64,000 bases of DNA from a virus: positions 1 to 64,000 of IMG/VR virus record IMGVR_UViG_3300003872_000001; one strand, 5' to 3'. Both the position numbers and the translations under genes were made by a program. Of the stretch, positions 1 through 9,330 are shown piece by piece; the stretch's first letter is position 1; every line of letters begins with the position of its first letter. Below the pieces are notes generated by a model, which saw nothing but the letters and a program-made list of their open reading frames with translations, did no database searches and was not told the origin of the DNA.

Positions 1-97
1 CTAGTAGTATAGCTACTAGGTACTATAGGTAGGGAATCGACCTTAGCTGCTCTTAGAGTAGTCTAGAAGCCACCTCGTTCACGGGGTGGTAGTTCAC
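1..97 (+). mobile_element. Right end/omegaRNA portion of an IS200/IS605-family (TnpB) element, copy 1, cut by the window start
   Basis: Near-identical to 38229-38325 and 60914-61010; ends in the IS605-type subterminal hairpin GAAGCCACCTCGTTCACGGGGTGGT followed by AGTTCAC. Confidence 0.8.
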
Positions 98-220
98 TCT
101 AAATACACCCAGAGGCTCTTATATAATTCACTATGTAAGAGCAGTTCACTCTAGTCTACCGCATAGATGTCATTAACTATCAGTAGCCTATTAAGCTACT
201 GATAGTTCACTACGTGTATG

Positions 221-261
221 TTTGATTCTAAATAGAAACAAGTATATAATATTAAAATAAG
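221..261 (+). promoter_or_regulatory. Putative early (virion RNAP) promoter: hairpin + CAARTATATAATATT motif
   Basis: TTGATTCTAAATAGAAACAAGTATATAATATTAAAATAAG; motif recurs 7 times upstream of + strand genes. Confidence 0.7.
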
Positions 262-307
262 TTAGCATCACTGCAGAATGCTACTTATAATATATGAGGA
301 GGACGAC

Positions 308-1855
308 ATGTATAAGTTAAATAATTTATATAACAAGGCACCATTAACAATAAGTGTAGAACATGGAAATAAAAAAGTTATTTTTGATGTACACTCCCTG
401 TTATCTAAGCGTAACAAAGAGGAGCTCTTTAATAATCAATTTGATTTATTAGAAGAGTATTTAAACTATAAAGGAGATATATTCAAATCTAATTTAATAG
501 ATAAATATTTAGAGGCAGATGATAAGCTAATGCTTACTATCACTAATCCTGATATATATCCATTACCGCTATCTATATCATATCAAATATTAGACCTGTT
601 TGATTATAATGATGTATTGAGTTGGGTTATTAATATAAGAAAAGTTCCGACTTTACCTAATTTGGCAGATGCTTATAATATTAGTCAGGGGAATGATAAT
701 GAATTTACTAGAGCTCAAACTTATCTAAAAAGTGAGTATTTGGAATTAGTTGCATTCTCTATTATAATTAAAACAGTTATACCAGTTATTGCACATTTTG
801 GTTCACTTAAGAATTCTGAAATAGCTGGTACTCATAAGGAATATATTTTATATAATTTTATTCTAGGACATCCAATAGCAGAAGTGCCTCCAGCTAAGCG
901 ACTGTTTATGTTTATTAATAAACTAGTAGAAATAGCAGTTAAAGAAACTACATTAACAGCTATTAGGATTATTGAAAAACGCATACCAAAAGAAGAGATG
1001 TCTAACTATATGATGTCTGTTATAGTACTTAATAAAGTTGCTATAGCTAGTGTGGTTAATGATACACCTAATAGAAATATGATAACTATTATATATACGT
1101 ATGTTAATAATAAGTTATCTGTTAAAGCAGATGCTGGTAATGCTATTAGAGAAAAGACAGTTATGGGTAATGAGAATACTGACGACCAAGAAAGTATAAT
1201 AGAAAGTTTTAGGACCAACGCTAGTTTATCGGAAGGTAAGATATTAGAATTAAATTGGTCTTTGAGTAATCTAAATATAATTACAGGTCAATTAGATGTT
1301 GATATTCCTCCAAAACTATTAATGGATGCGACTGAATTTTGTAAGGAAGTCTTTACTAATTATTTAGCAGAAGAGCAAATCTTAATATTGTCTTATATAT
1401 TTAAGAATATCATAGATCCTAGGGCAATTGAACTATTGTCTATAGATAGTATTTATAATTTGATAGTAGTAGCTTTTGGCTATTTATACACATTAGGTTT
1501 TAAATATTTAGCTATTTTAATAACAGCTATTCCGATAGAGACAAATAATGAGATCATGTATATCAACACAACTGTTAATAGGTCTAGATTGCCTATTGAA
1601 GTAAAAGATACTCTACAAACATTATTTCCATATAATAGAGTAATAAATGCTAAAAATAAAGTTAATTTAGCGGAAGAAACAATTAATGATTTAGCTAATG
1701 AAATATTTTCCAAACAATGGAGATACACAGTAGATGATAAGTACCTTAATGGGGTACCAGGAGCCACTGAAGGAGTACCTTCAGATTTAAAAATACAATT
1801 AGCAAATTTGCTAATACATTTAGAAACAAGGAAAGAATATGATACGTATAAATAA
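308..1855 (+). CDS. Non-virion RNA polymerase promoter-specificity subunit (phiKZ gp68-like)
   Basis: ~515 aa; first gene of the gp68-69-70-71/73-74-75 syntenic block; ATG at 308 follows GAGGAGG. Confidence 0.65.
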   Translation: MYKLNNLYNKAPLTISVEHGNKKVIFDVHSLLSKRNKEELFNNQFDLLEEYLNYKGDIFKSNLIDKYLEADDKLMLTITNPDIYPLPLSISYQILDLFDYNDVLSWVINIRKVPTLPNLADAYNISQGNDNEFTRAQTYLKSEYLELVAFSIIIKTVIPVIAHFGSLKNSEIAGTHKEYILYNFILGHPIAEVPPAKRLFMFINKLVEIAVKETTLTAIRIIEKRIPKEEMSNYMMSVIVLNKVAIASVVNDTPNRNMITIIYTYVNNKLSVKADAGNAIREKTVMGNENTDDQESIIESFRTNASLSEGKILELNWSLSNLNIITGQLDVDIPPKLLMDATEFCKEVFTNYLAEEQILILSYIFKNIIDPRAIELLSIDSIYNLIVVAFGYLYTLGFKYLAILITAIPIETNNEIMYINTTVNRSRLPIEVKDTLQTLFPYNRVINAKNKVNLAEETINDLANEIFSKQWRYTVDDKYLNGVPGATEGVPSDLKIQLANLLIHLETRKEYDTYK

Positions 1856-3302
1856 ATTGATATTAATCGCTACTCGAAAAAATGGCTATAACGATGTTTA
1901 TGGGAGAAGTTACGATTTAAATATGACTAATGGCGGTCAAAATGCATTAGAAAACTTTTTAGCTAATTCTAGTGTACTTAAACGAGGAGGTCTTAATAAT
2001 ATAACTGTAGCTAATAATCTTCCTAATTTAGTTTCTATGCAAAATAGCCCAACCCATAAAGTTAATATAGCCAATAATTGGGGTACTCAAAGATTAGCTT
2101 TTATTATGGAAGTAGAAAGTAATATAGGCGGGAGTATGTTGGTATCCTATCTTCAGGGTTATAGTGAATATCATGATCCTAGCCTTAGTGGGAGAATAGA
2201 CCCTCAAGTTCCATTTCATATTAATAGTATAGCTACTGTTACTAAGATGGTAGACCCAATTACTAATATGCTTATAGCTAAACCATATAGTAACTTTAAT
2301 ATTATAAAAGATGCATTTAATAACACACAGGCAATAGAAGAAATAACTGATGATAAATTTAAATTGATAAGACCATCAGATGTTATCTCTGGTATAGGTC
2401 ACGTTACTACATTTGGAAGAGATTCTGGGTTAGTGCGAGATACAGTTAGCGATCTAAGTGCTGCATCTACATCTTCTGATAGAGGTAACAATAGTCCTAT
2501 TAAATATTTAACTAAAACGATTAATAGCTATGTGCATAATCTAAATACACCAGGGTATGAAGAAGAAGATAACCTTATGCTTGCTACAGCTGAATATGCA
2601 TCAGATCATAGTTTAGTCGCCATTCCATTTATTAATGCATTGTACAATCAAACAGGGGTACCTGCTCCTACTGTATTTAATATAGATATTTTATCTAGAA
2701 TGGATCCAGATATTCAAAATAAAATTTTACTTATAGAGAATGGTTCAACTTTAGTACCAAATACACCGACTAGTATACTTGATACTAACAACACAGAAGT
2801 CAATTATAAACCAACTATAGAAGCAACAATTGCTAATATTGTAGCACATAGTGTAACTGATCTACTAGTTAGTAATCTATTAGCAACAGTAGATTTTAGT
2901 GTTAGCAATAGAATGGGCCCACCTCTTGTAGTTATATCAAATGTACGAAGTTTTATGGATGGTATAGATGTTACATCTTATGCTAATAAATTAAGTACTG
3001 GAGTAGAAGCTGTACTTATGCCTGAGATTACTCAAAACGGATTACTCATGATAGAACTTTTAGTTCATAGCGATTTACTTACAGAGACTACTGTGAGTGT
3101 TTCTGTTAACGCAGCGCCACCAGTAGTCTTTAGATTTCCTACATTCGCAGATAGTTTGTTCTCGCCAATTATAACTAATCAAACTAATCAGACTTTATTC
3201 ACTGATGATATGAGTGGTGTGTTAAATACTGTATATAATATAGTTAACACAGGAGAATCCGCCAATATGCAACCAGCTAGTTTAAACCCATACCAATATT
3301 AA
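1839..3302 (+). CDS. phiKZ gp69-like protein (putative phage-nucleus import factor PicA/Imp1)
   Basis: Position directly after gp68-like gene; 487 aa; NNWGTQRLAFIMEVE..YLQGYSEY..SGRIDP..FHINSI resembles this family as recalled. Confidence 0.6.
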   Translation: MIRINKLILIATRKNGYNDVYGRSYDLNMTNGGQNALENFLANSSVLKRGGLNNITVANNLPNLVSMQNSPTHKVNIANNWGTQRLAFIMEVESNIGGSMLVSYLQGYSEYHDPSLSGRIDPQVPFHINSIATVTKMVDPITNMLIAKPYSNFNIIKDAFNNTQAIEEITDDKFKLIRPSDVISGIGHVTTFGRDSGLVRDTVSDLSAASTSSDRGNNSPIKYLTKTINSYVHNLNTPGYEEEDNLMLATAEYASDHSLVAIPFINALYNQTGVPAPTVFNIDILSRMDPDIQNKILLIENGSTLVPNTPTSILDTNNTEVNYKPTIEATIANIVAHSVTDLLVSNLLATVDFSVSNRMGPPLVVISNVRSFMDGIDVTSYANKLSTGVEAVLMPEITQNGLLMIELLVHSDLLTETTVSVSVNAAPPVVFRFPTFADSLFSPIITNQTNQTLFTDDMSGVLNTVYNIVNTGESANMQPASLNPYQY

Positions 3303-3313
3303 AAGGAATTATT

Positions 3314-4780
3314 ATGGTTCATAATAACATTATAGATTTTTATAAAGATGTTGTCCTATCTTTAGGACTAAATGTAACAGATGACGGATTTGTTAAGATA
3401 GATATAGGTAATGGTAAATTAACACCATTAACAATCGGTGGTAAGCCTTTGGTTTTACCGCTTAAGGAACATATTGATACCGTTATAGAACCAAAGTCAA
3501 ATGGTGAATTAGATACAACTAAAGTGATATATAATCCACTAAATGAAGATGTCATTAAGTTAGATTCTATTAGCCTTAGAAAGACTAAAGAGATCATTGA
3601 TAAAAAGCTTGCACATAGTATAGCCGGGTTAGGAGAACTATTATTAAAATTAGCTAGTAACCCAGACTTACAAAAGAAAACTTCTCTAGAGATAAATAAG
3701 TTTTTAGTTACTCTAAAAGAGGCAGACAATCCGGGTATAAAGGATATAGTTAATGATAAAAGTATTGACGCGTGGACTAAGCTTTATGCTAAGTCATTAA
3801 CATCTACAGCTAATGATAAGATATTGAAAATATTCCTTAAAAAAGTAGGTACTTATAAGGGTATTAAATATAACCGACTATGTACAGTATCACTTCCGTT
3901 ATATGAAAAATTATTGGAAGCTAGTCGCGACACACTTGTTAATGGATATAAATTCCGTAGTAAAAAAGATATCACAGTTTTTAGATTAGTCTTCAAGTAT
4001 ATATTCCAAGACCTACTAGATGAGAATAATCTTATAGTTATTGGATCTAATGATCCAGAGTCTCCTGGATTTATAGCACTAATGACAGTGTTTATTAAGG
4101 TAGCTACACGTATTAACAATATTGTTAAATATCTTAAAAATATCGATAAGTCAAGCTACGATTTTATTAAGTTCGACCTTAAAATTACTTTAAAGGAACT
4201 AGGTGAATTAAGTAAATTTAAATCTGAACTAAGCACTATACCTGGTGAACTAACTCTTAATCGTATGAAGACTAAAGCAACACCAGCAACTACACCTACA
4301 CCACAAGTAAAACAGGTAAGTTCTATCGGCGGAATACCATTACCAATAGCAGATAATCAACCTCCGATAGTTAAACAACAACAAGAAGTTGTAAACCCAG
4401 CCGATGTACAACCACCGGAATTAACAACGGAACAGAAGATTTTATATGGTAATAATATGCCGATAATACCAGTACAGTCATCTATGCAACCTCAGGCTAC
4501 TCAACAACAAGTTTACCCACCACAAGGTATGCAACAACCTCAACAAGTAATGCCGCCTATGGGTATAAATAGTATACGACCTATGCAACAAATGCCAATG
4601 CAGCAAATGCCAGCGCAACAGATGCCAATGCAACAAATGCCTATGCAACAGATGCCAATACAGCAGATGCAAATGCAAACACCGCAATATCGCGCTGCAC
4701 AGCAATCATTGATGCAACAAGCTATGCCTCAGTATGGTATGCCGCAATATCCACAACAACCTAATCCATATATGCGTTAA
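3314..4780 (+). CDS. phiKZ gp70-like conserved protein with Q/P/M-rich C-terminal tail
   Basis: Synteny; PLVLP..YNPLNEDVI motif; low-complexity C-terminus. Confidence 0.55.
   Translation: MVHNNIIDFYKDVVLSLGLNVTDDGFVKIDIGNGKLTPLTIGGKPLVLPLKEHIDTVIEPKSNGELDTTKVIYNPLNEDVIKLDSISLRKTKEIIDKKLAHSIAGLGELLLKLASNPDLQKKTSLEINKFLVTLKEADNPGIKDIVNDKSIDAWTKLYAKSLTSTANDKILKIFLKKVGTYKGIKYNRLCTVSLPLYEKLLEASRDTLVNGYKFRSKKDITVFRLVFKYIFQDLLDENNLIVIGSNDPESPGFIALMTVFIKVATRINNIVKYLKNIDKSSYDFIKFDLKITLKELGELSKFKSELSTIPGELTLNRMKTKATPATTPTPQVKQVSSIGGIPLPIADNQPPIVKQQQEVVNPADVQPPELTTEQKILYGNNMPIIPVQSSMQPQATQQQVYPPQGMQQPQQVMPPMGINSIRPMQQMPMQQMPAQQMPMQQMPMQQMPIQQMQMQTPQYRAAQQSLMQQAMPQYGMPQYPQQPNPYMR
4582..4671 (+). repeat. 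15-bp coding tandem repeat (MQQMP-like x6)
   Basis: ATGCAACAAATGCCA-like units in tandem. Confidence 0.85.
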
Positions 4781-4801
4781 ATATATATGGACTAAATAGC
4801 G

Positions 4802-4836
4802 ATATACTAGTAGTAGCTAAGCTACTACTAGTATAT
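4802..4836. terminator. Bidirectional hairpin terminator (TAGTAGC family)
   Basis: ATATACTAGTAGTAGC-TAA-GCTACTACTAGTATAT between convergent genes. Confidence 0.75.
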
Positions 4837-5583
4837 ATTTTTTTGTTTTTTTAATAGAGTTTCAGTCAATGTTAAATACACTTTTATATATAAGTGAGGT
4901 GCATGTTCCCTTAATTCTTTTAAACCTGTATTTAAAAAACCTTCTTCAAACACTATAGTAGTACCAGGAAGAGCTAAATCTAATATCTTATATAATCCAT
5001 CCAAAACATATTTAGTGTCGCTTATAGTATCCTTAAATGGCGCTATAAAGCCCTTTCTTATATCTTTGCCAACATATAAACTACAAACATTATTAAATAC
5101 TGTTATATTTTTCCTTATATCTTTATGTAGTAAATTAGGTACCACGAATATTTTATTAGGAAACTTCTTAACCATACTAGGAACTATTTTCTTAACTATT
5201 TCTGTATTATTATTTTCTAGAACTAAATCTATATTATGCTCTTGTACATCATAATTATCTTCTCTAAGCTTGTTAGCTATCAAATGTCTGTGGCAAAATG
5301 TTCCAGGTTTACAACTACATAATAAAACTTTATTATTATATTTACGATATAGTTTTTTACTATCTATTTTATCTAGTACTTCTTTTTTAAAAATACTAGT
5401 ATACTCTTCAGTAGTCAATTTACCATTCTTATAATCATATAATAATTTTTCACTAGGGGCTAACCCTAAATCTATATCATCTATATAAGAGTTTGCCCAT
5501 TTAGGAGTATATCTCATTATACTAATTTTCTTATAATCTTCAGGTATCTTCTTTAGATTACCTAAATAACTTGTATATACCAT
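4828..5583 (-). CDS. DUF488-like domain protein with an additional C-terminal domain
   Basis: YTSY..ISIMRYTPKW..LAPS..LL and LLCSCKPGTFCHRHLIA motifs typical of phage DUF488 proteins. Confidence 0.65.
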   Translation of the reverse strand: MVYTSYLGNLKKIPEDYKKISIMRYTPKWANSYIDDIDLGLAPSEKLLYDYKNGKLTTEEYTSIFKKEVLDKIDSKKLYRKYNNKVLLCSCKPGTFCHRHLIANKLREDNYDVQEHNIDLVLENNNTEIVKKIVPSMVKKFPNKIFVVPNLLHKDIRKNITVFNNVCSLYVGKDIRKGFIAPFKDTISDTKYVLDGLYKILDLALPGTTIVFEEGFLNTGLKELREHAPHLYIKVYLTLTETLLKKQKNIY

Positions 5584-5597
5584 TACTCATCCTTATT

Positions 5598-5939
5598 TTA
5601 ACTATTTACGAACATATTATATATGATGTTTAACATTCCACTATCCAATACTTTTAATTGTGTCAACTTACCATCATATTCATCAGAGCTATCATATCCG
5701 TTGACTTTTATATACGGATAAATAAGTTCTCTATTAATACCTAATTCTAAAAATAATCCATATAGGTCACCTTTATATTTATAACCCATATCCCCTTTAA
5801 TAGTTGTAACGCCAGTTACATAGTTTTCTTTTAATAAAGGTATAACACTATTCCATTGTTCTAATAAGGCGTTATCTAAGATAGTCTCAGTAGGTATTAA
5901 ATCCGTTATAACACCTGTAGGTATTGTAGTAGTTGTCAT
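5598..5939 (-). CDS. Conserved jumbo-phage small protein, probably virion-associated
   Basis: YKYKGDLYGLF.ELGI..VNGYDSS.EYDG motif; good RBS. Confidence 0.5.
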   Translation of the reverse strand: MTTTTIPTGVITDLIPTETILDNALLEQWNSVIPLLKENYVTGVTTIKGDMGYKYKGDLYGLFLELGINRELIYPYIKVNGYDSSDEYDGKLTQLKVLDSGMLNIIYNMFVNS

Positions 5940-6043
5940 ATTATATCCTTATAATTTTTAAATATTCAACAAAAAAGATAGATGCCTCAATATAATGATT
6001 AATTTGATCATAGGTTATAATACGGAGAGGATACAGCAATATG

Positions 6044-6083
6044 TTTGGTTCGATACAAAATCAAATATATAATATTAATATAG
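6044..6083 (+). promoter_or_regulatory. Putative early promoter
   Basis: TTTGGTT-N8-AATCAAATATATAATATTAATATAG. Confidence 0.65.
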
Positions 6084-6102
6084 ACTAATTAAGGAGATAA
6101 TT

Positions 6103-6450
6103 ATGTACACACCAAAAGAAGATCAAATTGAAGATCCAGTTAATCTTAACTGGGAATTAGGTTTAGATAATATAACTAAGACTATTAATTATATACACGA
6201 TAATCAACACATACATAATAAGATAGATAAGCATAGACTTAACTGGAAATTTTCTGGTTCTAAACTATTTCCTTCTATAACTATATGTGTGTATGAAGTA
6301 GAAATGCTCACACCAGTATATACTGTTAAAAACTCTAATGGTTTTAGACCATTGGTTAAAAATGATTATCCTAATATGATGCAACTTATAGCAGCTATTA
6401 TTAATCAATATGAAAATCACACTAGATTTGAACTCAACGGAGAAAAATAA
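6103..6450 (+). CDS. Hypothetical protein
   Basis: AAGGAG RBS directly after promoter motif. Confidence 0.7.
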   Translation: MYTPKEDQIEDPVNLNWELGLDNITKTINYIHDNQHIHNKIDKHRLNWKFSGSKLFPSITICVYEVEMLTPVYTVKNSNGFRPLVKNDYPNMMQLIAAIINQYENHTRFELNGEK

Positions 6451-6451
6451 T

Positions 6452-7087
6452 ATGAAAAATTTAATAACATATCAAGAAGACGGATTAACTTATATAGAAG
6501 GCGATCCACATTCAGGTAAAACTACTGAACTTATAAAAGAGTATTTGAAAAATAAAGAATACTCTGTTATGGCATTAACAGAAGAGCTCCCATGCATTAT
6601 AAATGATTTTATTTCAAGTGGTGATCTCGAAGTTAACTGTATGTATAATAAAGAATTAATAATGTTATCTAAAGAAAATTATAAACACAGTATAGACGAA
6701 ATCGTTCACAACTATATGAATCTTAATGGTGTAGCTAATTCTACTAAAATGGGTTTATATCTTTATGTTGATAATCCATCCATAATAAACAATGACTTTA
6801 TTCATTATTTAAAAAAATTAAGTAAGTCATATACTAATTTATATATCACCATAACTAAAAATACTAGTATAGGTAAGAGTAATATATCTCATATATCAGA
6901 TAATGTGCTACCAACTCTTAAACCAAAAAAGCAACGTAAACTCATCATAACTACAGAAATATTACTAACACCTAATGAGGATATTTCTAAAGCTATTGCA
7001 GAATTCAAAGACGATGTTGAGTATAACATATATGGCGAATATGAAGATACTCCTAAAATAACTAACATTACTGAAATAAATGAATAA
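6452..7087 (+). CDS. Hypothetical protein with P-loop-like motif
   Basis: YIEGDPHSGKTTEL Walker-A-like; start likely ATG 6452. Confidence 0.5.
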   Translation: MKNLITYQEDGLTYIEGDPHSGKTTELIKEYLKNKEYSVMALTEELPCIINDFISSGDLEVNCMYNKELIMLSKENYKHSIDEIVHNYMNLNGVANSTKMGLYLYVDNPSIINNDFIHYLKKLSKSYTNLYITITKNTSIGKSNISHISDNVLPTLKPKKQRKLIITTEILLTPNEDISKAIAEFKDDVEYNIYGEYEDTPKITNITEINE

Positions 7088-7096
7088 GGAATCACT

Positions 7097-9226
7097 ATGG
7101 CTAGAATAGATAAAATTTTTACACCAACTCCTGATACTGAGGGACTAGATATCCGTGAAGAGTTATATGGTATACACGCACTAAATCCATTCGCACAATA
7201 TAATAGCTCAGCTCGTCTAGCTATGATGACAAGTCACATTTCACAAATGCTACCGCTAGAAAATGGTGAAGAACCTATTATCCAAACTGGTCTAGAAAAA
7301 CAACTAGGTGAGAACACTTGGTCAGTTAAGATACCTAATGATGCGCGTATAGTGCAAATCATAAGTCGCTACGGTGGTATAGGTGTTAATACAGTTAATT
7401 CCATAACTGAAATTCTAATAGTATATGAAGATTTAGAAACATTAGAATTAGATTTCATCTCAGTTCCACATAGATTCGATCTGCATCCTAACTATGGATT
7501 TAAATATAGATGGAATACTGATATATTAAATAATCTCAGACCGGGATCTATTATAAATAAAAATACTATATTAGCTGATTCTCCTAATGTCAAAGAAGGC
7601 GGAGGATATGGATATGGAATAAATGCTAATGTAGCATTACTCACCATCCCAGAAGTAGCTGAAGATGGTATGGTAATTTCTGAAACTATGTCTAAGAAAC
7701 TTAAACATACAACATTCGAAAAAATAGTTGTAGAATATGGAGTTAATAGTATCCTTCTTAATCTTTATGGTGATGAAACTAATTATAGACCATTTCCAGA
7801 AATAGGAGAATCTATTAAAGATCATTCTATAGTTATAGGTCTACGACGTATAGACCCTAAATTAGCACCAGCTCTATTATCCGTTAAAGATACTATGGAC
7901 TATGATCCTATGTTTGACCGTTGCTATTATGCTAAATATCCGAACGGAATAGTTAGTGATATTAAAGTTTATCACTCTCCTAAATTCAAGAAGAATCTAT
8001 TAGATGGTACTTCTGAAATACCACTTAAATATGCAAATGCACTTACTAATTATTATAAGAAAATAATAGAGGTATATGAGGACGCACAAAAAGAATATTA
8101 TCGTAGATATAAAAGCTGGGATATGAAAACATCTGAAAAGCTTTCTAGATTATTAGTAGAAGCTTACGCATTAACTAATGTTAATAATGATAATATAAAA
8201 AGAACTTTTAAGAAAGATGAATTAGATATCATCAGAGTTGAAATTACTGTAATGCATGAAAAGAAAGTAGTAATCGGAAATAAAATTAGCGATTTATTCG
8301 GAGGAAAAGGAATAGTCACAGCTATATTCCCAGATAATAAAATGCCTAAAGATCCTCATGGCAATCCAGCTGATGTTATTGCTGATCCAACTTCTATATT
8401 TTCTAGAATGAATATCGGTAAATTATATTGGATGTATTTCGGAGGAGTTAGTAGGAAGGTTAAGAATGTAGTAATAGATAAAATATATGAGCTAGAACCA
8501 AATGTTGCACCAGATGTAGCTATCGAATCTATAGCTGAAGAGGAAGTAAATTCTCTTTATAATTATGTATTAGGTTGTATAGGGATTATAGGTACTGAAC
8601 AATTTGATTATTATAGAAATATAACAGATATAAATATACGGATAATGATTCTTAAAGAGATTATAAATAAAGAATTCTATATTAAGTTTTCCGTATCTTC
8701 TAAAAAACTTGCATACCAAGTTGTAGGTGAATTAAGGGATAGTATCTATGCACCTACATTAGTTCCAGTATCGTTTGAATATAATGGTGAAATACGAAAA
8801 ACAAAGCCTATACTCATAGCACCACTATACATTATCTTACTTAATAAAACAGCTGACAACTTCCTATCTACTGCCAGCGCTAAGCTTAATCACTTTAATG
8901 TACCATGTAGCATTTCTAAAGCAGATAAAGCAGTAACTCCTTGGAGGGACAGCCCTACTAAAACCTGGTCTGAAACAGAGCTCAGACTTATGGCAGCTTA
9001 TGGATCGAGAAAAGCAGCGGCAGAGTTCATGAATAGGGCTAGTGATATAAACGCTCATAGGTACCTCTATAGTCATCTGCTGAACGCTGATAAGCCAACG
9101 AACATAGCGAATATTATAAACAGAGATATAGTTCCATATGGTGGAGAAGCTGCACTAAAGCTAATAAACACTATCTTTAACTGTAGTGGAATAACTACTG
9201 AATATGTGGAGGAAGAATTAGACTAA
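7097..9226 (+). CDS. rpoB: Non-virion RNA polymerase beta subunit, C-terminal part (phiKZ gp71-73-like), uninterrupted
   Basis: NSSARLAMMTSHISQ, GINANVA..EDGMVISE, GNKISDLFGGKGIV, DPTSIFSRMNIG RpoB motifs. Confidence 0.92.
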   Translation: MARIDKIFTPTPDTEGLDIREELYGIHALNPFAQYNSSARLAMMTSHISQMLPLENGEEPIIQTGLEKQLGENTWSVKIPNDARIVQIISRYGGIGVNTVNSITEILIVYEDLETLELDFISVPHRFDLHPNYGFKYRWNTDILNNLRPGSIINKNTILADSPNVKEGGGYGYGINANVALLTIPEVAEDGMVISETMSKKLKHTTFEKIVVEYGVNSILLNLYGDETNYRPFPEIGESIKDHSIVIGLRRIDPKLAPALLSVKDTMDYDPMFDRCYYAKYPNGIVSDIKVYHSPKFKKNLLDGTSEIPLKYANALTNYYKKIIEVYEDAQKEYYRRYKSWDMKTSEKLSRLLVEAYALTNVNNDNIKRTFKKDELDIIRVEITVMHEKKVVIGNKISDLFGGKGIVTAIFPDNKMPKDPHGNPADVIADPTSIFSRMNIGKLYWMYFGGVSRKVKNVVIDKIYELEPNVAPDVAIESIAEEEVNSLYNYVLGCIGIIGTEQFDYYRNITDINIRIMILKEIINKEFYIKFSVSSKKLAYQVVGELRDSIYAPTLVPVSFEYNGEIRKTKPILIAPLYIILLNKTADNFLSTASAKLNHFNVPCSISKADKAVTPWRDSPTKTWSETELRLMAAYGSRKAAAEFMNRASDINAHRYLYSHLLNADKPTNIANIINRDIVPYGGEAALKLINTIFNCSGITTEYVEEELD

Positions 9227-9260
9227 TAGGTGACGGCTAAGTAGACACATTGGTGTCTAC

Positions 9261-9317
9261 TTGGTTGTTTAATCATAATTAAATATATATTGGTTGTTTA
9301 ATCATAATTAAATATAT
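9261..9317 (+). repeat. Tandem direct repeat, 29-bp period x2
   Basis: TTGGTTGTTTAATCATAATTAAATATAT at 9261 and 9290. Confidence 0.9.
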
Positions 9318-9330
9318 GGAAGGAAATGTA

